Below are positions 13,948-32,793 of a DNA stretch of 64,000 nucleotides, piece after piece (within the stretch, counting starts at the first letter, position 1; each line of letters opens with the position of its first letter). The notes under the pieces were generated by a model. It did no database searches. It was not told where the DNA came from and worked only from the letters and a program-made list of their open reading frames with translations. Made by a program: the position numbers and the translations under genes. The stretch is from Paraspadella gotoi (taxonomy: Eukaryota; Animalia; Chaetognatha), in the NCBI GenBank assembly GCA_051294375.1, contig CM119271.1, positions 16,951,799-17,015,798 of the forward strand, read 5' to 3'.

Positions 13948-14958
13948 AGAGAGAGAAGAGAAAGAAGAGAGAGAGAGGAGAGAGAGAGAGAGAGACTTAT
14001 AAAATTAGGCAAATTTTTTTAAAAATTAAGATTTTGTTTTCACTTTTTAATTCAAACATAAAATGATGACCTCAGGCCGAACTGAGATCGAGTGAACAGA
14101 AAAAAACGAAAAAAATGGTCCATTGAAAAATATTGTTTTATGGTGGACTAAATCCACCAACCGTATCATCAGGGCCATCTGGTGCGGAGGGACGGGCGCT
14201 TAACCCCTGTAACTCGGTGTTACAGCCTGATCGAAGCTCAGGGCGGTTCTGTCATTAACAATTATCAATATTTAATGTCTCTTTCAAGTTTTTGTGTTAG
14301 GATTGAGTTATTAATTTTAATTATTATTTTTCTAAGAAAAAGTTTAAATTTATTTCGACAACAATTTTGTTTTAGATTAGAAAACACGTAGCATGTTCGG
14401 CTTTTATTTCAAGGGTTTATCAGTGGTTTTTCATTGATGATTATGATTTATGGTCTATTAATTTTTCTGTTTTTATCATCGACTGTATTTGTTACATTAA
14501 AGCCATTGGCCTAAATTTAGATGAGGAAACTATCTAATTCGTGAGTGAGCTTCGACGGCTATCTTTTGACGGTAATAAAAACCTCGCCTTTATTTGAAAT
14601 GGCGATATTATTCGTTGGCATAAAAAGAATAATTTTTTGGCGTTTTATTATTTTTATTTATTAATTTTTATCTTTGATTTCGGCGACGACGAAGAAAGGA
14701 AAGCGAAAAATAGAAAAGACATTAAAAGGACCAAAAGTAACTTAAATTTTATGTCTTTCGCTAAACTTATCACCGTATCCTCTCTCTCTCTCTTCTTCTC
14801 TCTCTCTTTCTCTCTCTCTCGTCTCTTCTCTCTCTCTCTCTTTCTCTCTCTCCTGCATCTTTTAATTCTCGACTCCCGAGATTTTTTATCGGAAAATTCG
14901 GGAAACGGAACGAGAGAGAAGAGGAGAGAGAAAGAGAAGAAAGTGAGAGAGAGGAGAG

Positions 14959-14999
<41 letters not shown>

Positions 15000-15190
15000 A
15001 AAAGAAAGAAGAGAGAGAAGAAGTAGAGCTCTTAAAAAAATGGGTTAGACGCGAAAGCCACATTTTATTGCCTAAATCGCCCCGGGAAGGAGGAGGGCTA
15101 TAGAGAGTCTGTGAGTTAGAGAAAGAAGAAGAGAGAGAGAGAGAGGGAGAGAGAGAGAGAGAGAGGAAAGAGAGAGAGAAGAGGAGAGAG

Positions 15191-15254
<64 letters not shown>

Positions 15255-17378
15255 AACAGGTTGGTAGGATCCCGCTATCAATTGGACTGGGTGCAAACAA
15301 AACTTTTGGCGCACAGGCAATAGTTGTGCGCCAAATGTGCGTGCAATTAAGTCCAACCAAAAAAGTCGTTTTGGCCGCATGAACTTCTTTGAATCTTGTA
15401 GGATTGTTTATATTATGTATAATATTTTTAATTATTATTATTATTATTAATTATTGGGTTTATTTTATTATTATTATTTATTATTATTCATTATTATTAT
15501 TTATTATTATTTATAATTATTTATCTATTATTATTATTATTATTATGTATTATTTTATTTTTTTATTTTACTTTATTATTGCATATTAAAATTATCTTCG
15601 GCTAATTAAATTTATAAAAACTGATAACCGAAATAAAAAAAGAATAAATATTAAAGTAAAAGTAATATAAAGTATTTCTTAGTTTTATAAGGACTAAAGT
15701 GAAACGTTATTATTTCTCGTGTGGCAACACATCTCCACATTACAATTCCATTACCCTCGTGGGTAAGAGCGAGCTTGCTCTCTTCAAAACAGCCATCCGT
15801 GGTAGTACATGTTGGTGATAAGCTTTTTAATTTCGTACAACTCAATATACAAATAATCCATTACGGCTATATTGTACCTACTTTGGACAGGCTTTGGTGG
15901 TTTAAGCGCCTCCAATCACTCTTAGTAAAGATAAATGACAATAGCAGGTCCCTGCCAAGTTTCAATCAAAGACTCTCTTCCCATTCTCGTTTATTCACTC
16001 TGTTTTCATTTCTCATAAATCATACGATCTCATAATAGACTAACTCTGAAATAAGTATAAAGTTTATGATTATTAGCAAAGTTGTTTAGTTTGCTTGACT
16101 AAATAATTGTAAGCACTTATTTTGGAAGGAAAAAATTACATTATACAGTCTTGATTAATACATTAATAACATTAATACATTTAAATGTGTCTCTGTCTTT
16201 TTTTTTGGCATTATAAATTTTTTTTTCAACAGAGCATAAAAAGTTAAAAAGAAAATATAAATTAAAAGATTTATAAAAAAATTCTTCAACATTTTTCAAA
16301 AGGTGAAAAAATGAAAAAACTGGATAAATTATCGAAAGATGATGATTGATCGATGGATGATTGATTTTTTTACGGTTTTCCAATATTTTGGGACCAGCAA
16401 TGCATGAAATATTTTAAAAAAGATTATACTTAGATGTAGACAGCTTTTTATGAGCTATTATGCATCTGGTCTTAATAAATTTTAGCCTTTCCTATCTATA
16501 TATAAATTTAAAAAATTATTTATTATGGTGTAGAGCATATAAGAATGTTTTTGTCTATTTGAAGTAAATTTTAAAAATTATAATTTTCGTTTGGGGAATG
16601 TACTATCTTAAATTTTTGATACCTCATTGAGTGGGGCTCCTTCCTCACGCTCGACTGCTCTTTCACAGCTCGACTTTCCCTTTATTACCGGTCGACTTTC
16701 CTCCTCTATCCGGTCGACTCCACATTACCAGTTTTCAAAGACGAAATATCGTAAAACTCGACTTTGGGCAACCACCTGTAGTCGTCGTCGTCGTCGTCGT
16801 CGGTCTTATTTGTTTAACTGTCGTTTATGTGATTCAACTTAGTTTGTCTTCGTGCGTTGTTCCTCTATCTACGTCTGTCGTTCGCCGTCGCCGTCTTCTC
16901 CTGACAAACGAGACAAATCGCTCTAACGTTTTTCTCTGACAATTTATCATCGCTCTCTCTCTCTCTCTCAGTTCTTTCTCTCTCTCTCTTCTCTCTCTCT
17001 CTCTCTCTCTCTCTTCATTCTCTTCTCTTCTCCGTGGTGTGTTGTGTCCGGAGTCTCGTTCTGTATTCCGTGTCGATTCATCCTTATTTCCTTCACCGAG
17101 AACAGCGTCTTCTGTCTCCATCCGAGTGTCTCCGCCTCTGTTTCGGTTCCTCTTTTTCGCTCTCTGCTCTCATTTCTCTTTTTATCTCTCTCTATCTCTC
17201 CTCTCTTCCTCTTCTCTCTCTCTTCTCTCTCTCTCTCTTCTCTCTCTCTCTCATCTTTCTTTCTATTGCATTTTGACTCTGTCTGCGTCCTTTGTAATTT
17301 CTCTCTCTCTCTCTCTCTTCCTCTCACGACTTTCCACTCGACCATAAAAAAAGGCCTCCCTCTCTCTCTTTTTTAAAA

Positions 17379-17417
<39 letters not shown>

Positions 17418-18054
17418 CCTCTTCTCTCTTCTTTCATAGCGGCTTCTGTTTTTCTCGCTTGGCTCAAAACCCATCACCGACGATCGACGCAGTTATTCTT
17501 CTTTCTTTTTTCTTCTTTCTTTTTGTTTTCTTTTTCTCTCAACCTTCTTCCTTTCCTCTTTCCTCCCTTTCCTATTTCCTCCCTTTCTCCTTCCGCCTTC
17601 TTTCTTCCTCTTTTTCTCCCTTTCCTCCTTCCCCCTTCTTCCTATTCCTCTCCTCCCTTTCCTCCTTCCCCCTCTTCTTCCTCTTTTCTCCCTTTCCTCC
17701 TTCCCCCTTCTTTCCTTTCCTCTTTCCTCCCTTTCCTCCTTCCCCCTTCTTTCTTCCTCTTTCTTCTCTCTCCCTTATCTTTCTTCTTACTCTTTGCTTC
17801 CGTTTCCTCACTCCAGTCCTTCTTCTCTCTTACCTCCCTCCTCCTTCATCCCCCTCCTCCTCCTTCCTCCACTTCTCCCTCCCTCCCCTATTCCCTTCCT
17901 CTCTCAACCCTTCACTTCCTCCTCCGACGCACCTGGCGGCCATAAAGCGCCTCCCTTATCGACCCTTTTCGTCGTCGTCGTCGTCAGAGATTGGGTCGTT
18001 GTTTTGGTTGTTGTTGTTGTTGTTTCGGTCATCGCGCGATCAACTCAACGTTCT

Positions 18055-18090
<36 letters not shown>

Positions 18091-18810
18091 CTAATTTAAT
18101 TTGTTTTTGTTTAATAAAGTGAATTTTGTTAATTCGACTCGCTAACTTTCAAGTAGCATTGAATGTACGTTTGGGTTTGATTAAGTATGGATACATATTT
18201 CTTATAATTGTTAAAATTCTTATAAATGATTAAACTCTATTAAATCCTATTTTTTCAAATTAATTAAAAGCCTTTTTTTTAATTGACGATTTTTTTCTGA
18301 AGTAAGAGGAGGAGGAGGAGGAGGAAGAGGAGGAGGAGAAGGAGGAGGAGGAGGAAGAGGAGGAGGAGGAAAAAGAGAAATAGCAAAACTGGTTCGATTC
18401 TGTTCGAAAGCAGCACAGATCCAGCTGCAGCCGTCCCTCAAGCAGCTGCTGCACATCCCACTGCCCAGACTGTCTTCAGGAAAAACTTTCCGAGTTCAAA
18501 ACAAACTTTTCTCTCTCAAGTTTTTTGGGAGAGAAAATCTCTTGGTTGAAGTAATTTGATTACCAATTCGTTAATGTTATTCACTTTTTTCTTCTTTTTT
18601 TTCAAAATGGGATATCAATAGAAAGTTAACTTCTTTCTCTTTGATTTGGATGAAATATTTGTCCAAGGAGATAAAATTAACCGAGAATCAAGTCTTTGCA
18701 TCATAAACAACATACAATAAAACAATAAAATAATTATATTAAAATAAATAAATAACAGTAAAGTCAATAATAAACAATAAAAAACAATTCCAAATCTTTA
18801 AAAACACCAA

Positions 18811-22215
<3,405 letters not shown>

Positions 22216-22542
22216 GAGAGAGGGAGGAGGAGGAAGGGGAGGAGGAGGAGGAGAAGAGGAGGAAGAGGAGGAGGAGGAAGACAAAGAAAGTGAAGAAGGA
22301 GATACTAAGGGTTGACTAACTTTACTATTTTACTTACATTAAATTAGATTTCTTACATTGCTTACATTCTGTTCTTATTTATTTGGGAAAATTTACTTTT
22401 GATATTTGTCGTATGACCTAATTAATTGCATATTGCATAATTACGTAGCTGGACATATATATTACATCGCATATTACATACTTAAACGAAATTTTTTTTC
22501 TTGAAATTCAAAATTAAATGTAGAGGGAACTAGAGATAGAGG

Positions 22543-22610
<68 letters not shown>

Positions 22611-23457
22611 GAGAGAAGAGATGAGAGAAATGAGAGAGAAAGAGAGCGAGAAGAAGAGAGAGAGACTTATAAACTTAGGCAAATTTATTTTTAAAATTAA
22701 AGATTTTGTTTTCACTTTTTTAAATTCAAACATAAAAATGATGACCTCAGGCGAACTGAGATAACGAGTGAACAGAAAAAAGAAAACAGAAAAAAGAATG
22801 GCTCCATTGAAAAATATTGTTTTATGGTGGACTAAAATCCACCAACCGTTCATCAGCGGCCATTGGTGCCGGAGGGACGGGGCGCTTAACCCGCCTGTAA
22901 CTCGGTGTTACAGCCTGATCCGAAGCTCAGGGACGGTTCTGTCATTAACACTTATCAATAATTAATGTCTCTTCAGTTTTGATTAGGATTGAGTTTTAAT
23001 TTTATTATTATTTTTCTAAGAAAAAGTTTGAAATTTATTTCGACAACAATTTTGTTTTATTAGAAAACACGTACATGTTTCGGCTTTTAATTCAAGGTTT
23101 ATCAGTGTCATTATGATTTATTGATTTATGGTCTATTATTTTTCTGTTTTTATCTCGATGTATCTTGTACAATTAAAGCATTGGCCATAAAAATTTAGAT
23201 AGAAACTACTAATTTTCGTGAGTGAGCTCGACGGTATTTTTGACGTAATAAAAAGCCTCGCCTTTATTTGAATGGCGAATATTATTCGTGCATAAAAAAG
23301 AATAATTTTTGCGTTTTATTATTTTTATTATTATTTTTTCTTTGATTTCGGCGAGAGAGAAGGAAAGCGAAAAATAGAAAAGACATTAAAAGACACAAAA
23401 GTAACATTATTTTTAATGTCTTCGCTAAACTTATCACCGTATCCTCTCTCTCTCTCT

Positions 23458-23512
<55 letters not shown>

Positions 23513-23641
23513 TCTCTCTCTCTCTTTCTCTCTCTCCTCATCTTTTAATTCTCACCTCCACGAGATTTTTTATCGGAAAATTCCGGGAAACGGAACGAGA
23601 GAGAAGAGGAGAGAGAGAAGAGAGAAAGTGAGGGAAGAGAG

Positions 23642-23700
<59 letters not shown>

Positions 23701-23830
23701 CTCTAAAAAAATGGGTTAAGACGCGAAAGAATTTTATTGCATCTAAATCACGGGAAGGGAGGCTAAGAGAGTCTGTGAAAGTTAGAGAAAGAGAGGAAGA
23801 GAGAGAGAGAGAGAGAGAGAGGGAGAAGAG

Positions 23831-23870
<40 letters not shown>

Positions 23871-24054
23871 AGGTGGTAGGATCCGGCATCAATTGGACTG
23901 GGTGCAAACAAAATTTGCGCACAGGCATAGTTGTGCGCACAATGTGCGTGCAATTAAGTCCAACCAAAAAAGTCGTTTTGCCGAATGAACTTCCTAATCT
24001 TGTAGGATTGTTTTATTATTATTATTAATATTGTTATTATTATTATTATTATTA

Positions 24055-24116
<62 letters not shown>

Positions 24117-25474
24117 TTATTTTTTTATTTTACTTTAATTATTGCAATATAAATATCTTGGCTAATTAAATTTATAAAAACTGATGACGAAATAAAAAAA
24201 GAAAAATATTAAAGTAAAAGTAAAATAAAGTATTTCTTTGTTTATAAGGACTACAGTGAAACGTTATTATTTCTCGTGTGGCAACACATTCACATTCACA
24301 TTCACATTACCCTCGTGGCGTAAGAGCGAGCTTGCTCTCTTCAAACCAAGCATCCGTGGGTTAGTGACATGTTGGTGATAAAGCTTTTTAATTTCGTACA
24401 ACCAATATAAAAATAATCCATTAAGCTATATTGTACCTGACTTTGGACAGGCTTTGGTGGTTTAAGGCCTCCATCACTCTTAGTAGATAATGACATAGCA
24501 GGTCCCTGCAAGCTTTCAATCAAGACTCTCTCCCATTCTCGTTTATTCACTCTGGTTTTCATTTCTCATAAATCATAAGATCTCATAATAGACTAACTCT
24601 GGAAATAATATAAATTTTGATTATTAGCAAAGTTGTTTAGTTTGCTTGACTAAATATTTAAGCAATTATTTTGAAGAAAAAATTACATTATACATCTTGA
24701 TTAATACATTAATACATTAATACATTAAATGTTACTTGTCTTTTTTTGCATTATAAATTTTTTTTCAAATAGAGCATAAAAAGTTAAACAAGAAATATAA
24801 TTACAGATTTTAAAAATTCTTACATTTTCAAAGTGAAAAAATGAAAAAACTGATAAAATCATCGAAAGATGATGATGATGATGATGATGATTTTTTTACG
24901 GTTTTTCATATTTTGGACCCACAATCATGAAAATATTTAAAAAAGAATTATACTTAGTGTAGACAACTTTTTATGAGCTATATGAATCTGGTCTTAAAAT
25001 TTTAGCCTTTCCTATCTATATATAAATATTAAAAAATTAATTATTTGGGTGTAGAGCCATATAAGAAATGTTTTGTCTATTGAAAGTATATTTAAAAATG
25101 TATAAATTTTCGTTTGGGAATGTACTCATTCTAAATTTTTGACTCACCTCATTGAGTGGGGCTCCCTTCCCTCACAGCTCGACTCTCTTTCACAGCTCGA
25201 CTTTCCTTTTATTACCGGTCGACTTTCCTTCCTCTACCGGTCGACTCCACTCACCCAGTTTCTCAAAGACGAAATATCGTAAACAACTCGACTTTTGGCA
25301 ACCACCTGTAGTCGTCGTCGTCGTCGTCGTCGTCTTTATTGTCTTAACTGTCGTTACTGTGATCAACTTAGTTGTCTTCGTCGTTGTTCTCATCTACGTC
25401 GTCGTCGCCGTCGCCGTCTTCCTCCCTGGACAAACGAGACAAAGTCGCTCTACGTTTTCTCTGACAATTTATCA

Positions 25475-25576
<102 letters not shown>

Positions 25577-26049
25577 CTCTCTCTATCCACAGGGAAGCCA
25601 TAAGCGAGTAAATATTCAGATGTCATCGGCGACAACCATCTGTCATCAGAGATCAATGTGTCCCGTTTTTATTATAAAAAATATTTTTTATATTTAAAAC
25701 TTGTGCATAACAAATTCAACTAAAAAAAATTAGTAATTTTTTTATTATTAGTGGTAAAATGACAATAATTACATAACAATATTAAATTAACAGACAAGGA
25801 CTCAAATTAACATTAGGAAAATTAGTAAAATAATTAAATAGAAAAAATTTCAATGAAGGAAAAATCTTTCAGTCGTTATTGAACCTTTTGAACGTCGCTC
25901 GTTGGAAAACGTTGTTCGCGACTGTTTTTGTCACGATTATTGCCACGATTTGTCACGATTATTGCCACGATTTGTCACGACCAATTTACGTTTGGAGACT
26001 CGGTGAACCTTGAAACTCAGTCTGCGAATTCGCCGAGACTCTCGTCAGG

Positions 26050-28744
26050 ACTCCTTTCTCGACGAACGCCTTGGGCCCCAAAGCGTGAAGAGCAAAAAGT
26101 CAATTGACGTAAATCTTCATTGAAAGTTTTTCTCTTGCANNNNNNNNNNNNNNNNNNNNNNNNNGCAAGAGGCGCGTCTTAATTAATGGGAAAATTTTAC
26201 AACCTAATGACCCAAACGGACCACCTACGTCCGTTCCTGGGCTAATACTCCGGAAAAAATGAGCCTCTGGGCTGCGAGGATTTTTAGTGTGCCGACGTGT
26301 GTCGTCGCGAGAACTCTATAGTCACTATCCTCGGTTCCGTCGGCAGTCGGTTTTGTCAGACGGTCTGTTATACATTAAATTTTATGGTCATGGAGACACG
26401 TGATCATAGCATCAACCAGAATGGGACCTATAAACGGGACGTTGGGTTGGCTAGTGAGTGTGACTTTCGTCTCCTTCGACGGAATCATCACCTAAACCGA
26501 GACGTAATCTTGATGTGGTCGAGTCGCCTCAATTGACGTAAATCTTCATTTGAAAGGTTTTTCTTCTTGCAAGAGGCGTCTAATGCTATTATTAAATTAA
26601 TGAAAATTGTAAACCATACGAACCCAAACGGACCACCTATGTCTCCGTTCCCTCCGTCTTGGGCCTCATATACTCCGGAAAAATGAAGCCTCTGGGCTCT
26701 TTGAGAGATTTTTAGTTTGCGACGTCGAGTTACTACCTGCGAGCGAACTCTATAATCACTAATCCGGTCGGTTGCGATCGGTCGGTCGGTCGGGTTGTTC
26801 GGACGTCTGTGTTTATACATAATTTTATGGTCATGGAGACCACATGAGTCATATTATCAATGGAATGCGACCTATAAACGGACTTGGTTGGCCTATGAGG
26901 TGATTGTCGTCTCCTTCTACGAATCATCACATGAAGACACGAGACGTAATCTTGATTGTGTGCCAAATCGGGCTCGTCCTCATTGAACGGTAAATCTTCA
27001 TTGAAAGGTTTTTCTCTTGCAAGCAGAGCGCGTCTAATGTTATTATTAAAATTAATGGAAAATTGTTAAAACCACGGAACCCAAACGGATCCACCCTATT
27101 GTCCGCTCCGTACCGCCTACCCATCTGGGCCCTAATAACTCCGGAAAAAATCGAAGAGCCTCTGGGCTCCGAGGATTTTAGTTTGCGACGCGCAGTACTC
27201 GCGGGCAACTCTATAAGTCACTATCCGGCGGTTCTAATGTATTATTAAATTAATGGAAAATTGTTAAACCAATGAACCCAAACGGACCAACCTACGTCCG
27301 TCCTGGGCCTAATACTCCGGAAAAATGAAGCCTCTGGGCTCCGAGGATTTTTAGTTGCGACGTGAGTCGTCGCGGAGCAACTCTATAAGTCACTATCCGG
27401 TCGGTCGGTCAGTCGGTTTGTCAGACGTCTGTTATACATAAATTTTATGGTCATGGAGACACGNNNNNNNNNNNNNNNNNNNNNNNNNCCTGAGCGATGT
27501 CTACCAGTCTCGCGACGCACGCCTGCCGCTGCACGTACCTCGCGGAGCAAACTCTATAAGTCACCAGTGCACCGGACCTCGGAATCTCGCCGCCCGATTC
27601 GGCTCGCGGCGTCGGTCCACGTTTATGTCGCGACGGGTCTGCCTCTATACCATAAATACGATGGTCATGGAGACACATGATCAATATCATCAATTGGATA
27701 ATGGGACCTATACAACGCGACCTTGCGGTGCGCCTCGTACGAATGTGAGCGTGAAGTCTGGCTCGTTCTCCTATCACGAATCATCATCCTAAACGAGACG
27801 ACCGTAATCTTCGATCGTAGGTCACGCCATCGCCTGCCAGCCATTGCTCTCACACCCCTGACGTCTACGGTGATCTGTCCCAGCTAAAATCTTCCACTTG
27901 AACGTTTCTTCCTCCTTCTGCAACGAGTCCGCGGCTGCTGGTTGCGAGGGATAAGAGAAAGTATGGAAATTGTTTAAAACCACGAACCCAAACGGACCAA
28001 CCTATGGTCCGTCCGTCCCTCCATCTGGGCCTTAATACTCCGGAAAAATGAAGCCTCTGCGGCTCTCGAGGATTTTTTAGTTTGCGACGCGCAGTACTCG
28101 CGGCAGCCAACTCTATAAGTCACTATCCGGATAACGGCGCGGTCGCGTCGCGTTTTGTCGGACGTCTGTTTATACATAAATTTTTTATAGCAGCAGACAG
28201 TGATCATAGCATTAACGGAATGGGACCTATAAACGGACTTGGTTGGCCTAGGGAGTGATTGCCTCGCTCTCCTTCAACGAATCATCAAGAATGCGCGACG
28301 CAATCACACGACCTTACTTCAGACCCTTAGAATGCCAATGACCGACAGAGGAACCGGACGGAGGGATTGATGCGTTCAAAATTGCTAAGAGAAACTCTAG
28401 GCATTCAACCTCCTACACCCAAACTTCAAAGAACAGAACTCTTTCTTCAAATTAATTATTGAACGTTTGAATATTGTCATCACCTTGTGTCTACCTTTGT
28501 CTTAACCTTTGTCATTGTGTCATCGTTACCTACGTCATCACCCTAATCATTGTCCGTCATTAATATACTATTGTCAACCAAATACTTTGCCACTTATTAT
28601 TTACCCTCGTTATTTGACAAAACGTCAACGATAGGGAAATACACGTGAAAAAAAAGTCACTGGGGCGCAACACCTTGGATGACCAATTGACCCGCGGATG
28701 TGATCTTTTTTGTTCGTGATTTCCATCTAAGGAGAACGTATTTT

Positions 28745-28800
<56 letters not shown>

Positions 28801-30000
28801 CATTTCCTCTTGTCAAGCACTCTGCCCCTCACTGAGTCTTCGGCTCCAAAGAACAAATTAATTTTTTCTTTGTTATTTCATTTTTTAGAAAATTATTTTG
28901 CTCTTATTTCATCTCTTTCTTTTGACTTTCTTAGTTATTATTTTTTCTCTCTACTCCTCATTTCCTTTTTCTCCTTTCCTCATTTTTCTTCCTTCACTTT
29001 CCCTCTCCCTTTCTCCTTCTTTCCTCTCCCTCCCTCTCCCTTCTCTCTCTCCCCCTTTCCCCCTCCTTTTCTCTCTNNNNNNNNNNNNNNNNNNNNNNNN
29101 NCCTGAGCGATGTCTACCAGTCTCGCGACGCACGCCTGCCGCTGCACGTACCTCGCGGAGCAAACTCTATAAGTCACCAGTGCACCGGACCTCGGAATCT
29201 CGCCGCCCGATTCGGCTCGCGGCGTCGGTCCACGTTTATGTCGCGACGGGTCTGCCTCTATACCATAAATACGATGGTCATGGAGACACATGATCAATAT
29301 CATCAATTGGATAATGGGACCTATACAACGCGACCTTGCGGTGCGCCTCGTACGAATGTGAGCGTGAAGTCTGGCTCGTTCTCCTATCACGAATCATCAT
29401 CCTAAACGAGACGACCGTAATCTTCGATCGTAGGTCACGCCATCGCCTGCCAGCCATTGCTCTCACACCCCTGACGTCTACGGTGATCTGTCCCAGCTAA
29501 AATCTTCCACTTGAACGTTTCTTCCTCCTTCTGCAACGAGTCCGCGGCTGCTGGTTGCGAGGGATAAGAGAAAGTATGGAAATTGTTTTAAACCCAACGA
29601 ACCCAAACGGACCAACCTATGTCCGTCCGTCCCTCCAGTCTGGGCCTTAATACTCCGGAAAAAATGAAGCCTCTGGGTCCGAGGATTTTTAGTTTGCGAC
29701 GCGAGTTACTCGCGGCAGCAACTCTCATAAGTCACTATCCGGATCGGTCGTCGGTCGGCTCGCGTTTTGTCGGACGTTCGTGTTATACATAAATTTTTGT
29801 CATCCGTATGCAGACAGTGATCATAGCATTAACGGAATGGACCTATAAACGGACTTGGTTGGACCTAGTGAGAGTGATTGCTCGCTCTCCTTCAACGAAT
29901 CATCAAGAATGCCGACGGAATCACACGACCTTACTTCAGACCTTAGAATGACCAATGACCGACAGAGGAAACCGGACGGAGGGATTGATGGTCAAAATTT
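26050..30000 (+). repeat. Tandem satellite of ~430-465-bp units built from a Helentron/HINE-like 5' end
   Basis: A unit marker GATTTTTAGTTTGCGACG...GCAACTCTATAAGTCACTATCCGG(TCGG)n recurs near 26278, 26707, 27173, 27345, 27545, 28070, 29160 and 29683. The array is interrupted by 25-N gaps. Confidence 0.85.
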
Positions 30001-30372
30001 GCTACAGCAGAAACTCTAGGCATTCACACCTCCTACACCCAAACTTCAAAGAAAGAACTCTTTCTTCAAATAATTATTGAACGTTTAATATTTGTCATCA
30101 CCTTTGTCTTAACCTTTGTCATATTGTGTCATCGGTTACCTACGTCATCCCCTAATCATTGCGCGTCATCAATATATACTATTGTCAACCAAATACCTTT
30201 GCCACTATTATTTACCCTCGTTATTGAGCAAAACGTCAAACCATAGGGAAATACACGTTGAAAAAAAAGTCACTGACGGGCGCAACACCTTGGACATGAC
30301 CAGATAACCCGCGATGGTGATCTTTTTTGTTTCGCGTGATTTCCAATCTAAGGCGAGAACGTATATTTTCTT

Positions 30373-30410
<38 letters not shown>

Positions 30411-30411
30411 G

Positions 30412-30443
<32 letters not shown>

Positions 30444-30720
30444 GCATTTCCTCTGTCAAGCACCTCTGCCCTCACTGAGTCTTCGGCTCCAAAGAACAAA
30501 ATTCCAATTTTTCTTTGTTATTTCATTTTTTTAGGAAAATTATTTTGCTCTTATTTCATCTCTTTTCTTTTGACTTTTCTCTAGTATTATTTTTTCTCTT
30601 CTATCCTCATTTCCTTTTTCTCCTTTCCTCATTTTTCTTCCTTCACTTTTCCCTCTCTTTCTCCTTCTTTCCTCTCCCTCCCTCCCCTTTCTCGTCTCTT
30701 CCCCCTTTTCCCCTCCTTTC
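27489..30720 (+). repeat. Direct duplication 27489-29076 versus 29102-~30720, each copy starting right after a 25-N gap (probable gap-fill artefact)
   Basis: The first ~480 nt are identical, including idiosyncratic insertions (CCTGAGCGATGTCTACCAGTCTCGCG...). Confidence 0.85.
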
Positions 30721-30876
30721 TCTCCTCTCTTCCTCGTTCTCTCACTCTCCCTCTCTCTTTTCCAACTCTCCCCTTCATCTCCCTTCCCCCCTATTCCTCC
30801 CTCTCTCTTCTCCCCTCTCCCACTCCTCTTCCTTCTCTCTCCCCTCCCCTCTCCCTCTGCCTCTGCTCTTCTTCTC

Positions 30877-30917
<41 letters not shown>

Positions 30918-31069
30918 GCCTCGCGTCTTCTTCAAACCGGAAATGATGTTTATTGGATTTCGTTCCTTCGTCTTTTCGATACTGAAAACTTTCACCCAAA
31001 GACTTTCAATTACGACTTTCTTGCCAATTTGCATCTTTCTATCCATTCTATCTAAACTATCCATCTATC

Positions 31070-31210
31070 TAGTCACTTTTCGGTCGGTCTGTCAGTGGGT
31101 TAGTCGGTCGGTCGGAATTTCTGTCCCACTCACTCGCCTATAGTTAGTTGCTCATTTGTTAAGACAGGAAAAAACCTCAAATCGAAGTGACTGCTAGCGC
31201 CGCCTTTTGG
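31070..31210 (+). mobile_element. 5'-truncated HINE-like short element, same family as 61816-61985
   Basis: AGTCACTTTTCGGTCGGTC...(TCGG)n...CTATAGTTAGTTGCTCATTT aligns to the copy at 61830-61985. Confidence 0.6.
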
Positions 31211-31387
31211 AAATCATGAAACTATAAAGAATAAAAGATGGAATTCCGATGCAGGGCATGTCATAAATCCAGGGGCTAATACTTGGCAGACTGGTAAAGC
31301 ATTACTTTTACTAAATGCTTCTTGTGTTTCAAACTTGTGTAGTCACGTGACCACTCAAAACTATAGTCACGTGATCACAAAGTAAAT

Positions 31388-32168
31388 GCGGCATATTTCG
31401 TTTAATGTCTAATTGTTTGAAATGAAACTTTGCACAGTAGTTATCAACCATAAGACGTTTGTCATAAATTTCATAAATTTCATAAATTTCATAGTCATGT
31501 AGTCATGTAATCACGGGGAAAAACACGTGAAAAGATTGGATGGACCGATCTTATTATCTCTCTCTCTCTNNNNNNNNNNNNNNNNNNNNNNNNNNNNNNN
31601 NNNNNNNNNNNNNNNNNNNNNNNNNNNNNNNNNNNNNNNNNNNNNNNNNNNNNNNNNNNNNNNNNNNNNNNNNNNNNNNNNNNNNNNNNNNNNNNNNNNN
31701 NNNNNNNNNNNNNNNNNNNNNNNNNNNNNNNNNNNNNNNNNNNNNNNNNNNNNNNNNNNNNNNNNNNCTTCTTCCTCCTCCTCTTCATTTGTTTCCGACG
31801 ACAGAAAAAACCTGACAAAAATTTTTACCATTTTTTTTCTTTTTCAATTTCTATTTCTCCCTCTCCTCCCGACCAATTGCTATCTCACCCTGTCTCTTTC
31901 TCTCTTTGTCTCTCTGTTTCTCTCTCTCTCTCTCTCTCTCTATGTATCTTTCTATCTCTTTCCCTCTCTCATTTTTATTTTTCTCCCTCTTTAAATATTT
32001 CTCTATCTCTCTCTCTCTATCTCTCTCTCTCCCTTCTTCAAATATTTTCGGGAACATTTTGAATCTTTTTTCTTTCAGTTTTCAAAATTTAGGTCACTTT
32101 CCTTCCTTCTTTTTTTATTGTTGTTGTATTATGTAATATATCGATATTTGTATATATATATGTAATAT

Positions 32169-32220
<52 letters not shown>

Positions 32221-32401
32221 CCTTCTCTCTTGTTGAAAAATCTTTTTTTTCTCTCTTCAATTTTTTTTGCCAACGAATTTCGGAGGCTCTCGCTCTCATT
32301 ATGCGGAATTCTCTACGGAGTAGAGAGAGAGCGAGTCACCAGAGAAAAAGAGAGAGAAAATGAAGAGAGATAAGAGAAGGAGACGAGAAGAGAGAGAGAA
32401 G

Positions 32402-32436
<35 letters not shown>

Positions 32437-32561
32437 AAGAGAAAGAGAGAGAGAGAGAGAGAAGAGAGGAAAAAGAAAGGGAGATAGAGAAGTGGGGGGC
32501 ATCAGTGATTTGTTTCTTCTGCTTCTTCTTCCTCCGGCGGATATTTTAATAATAATTTCCA

Positions 32562-32624
<63 letters not shown>

Positions 32625-32739
32625 TTTTTTCTTTTTCCGTCTCTCTCTTCTTCCTCCTCTCCATTACTTTCTCTCCCTCTCTCATTCCCTCCCCCCTTCT
32701 TTCTCTTCCATCCCCTCTCTCCTTCCCTCCCTCTTTCTC

Positions 32740-32793
<54 letters not shown>

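Noticed and set aside
26050-30000. Repeat array as a CRISPR locus or snRNA/rRNA tandem cluster
   Set aside because: Units are ~440 bp, repeated throughout, with no unique spacers. There are no cas genes, no recognisable snRNA, SL or 5S sequence, and the context is eukaryotic.
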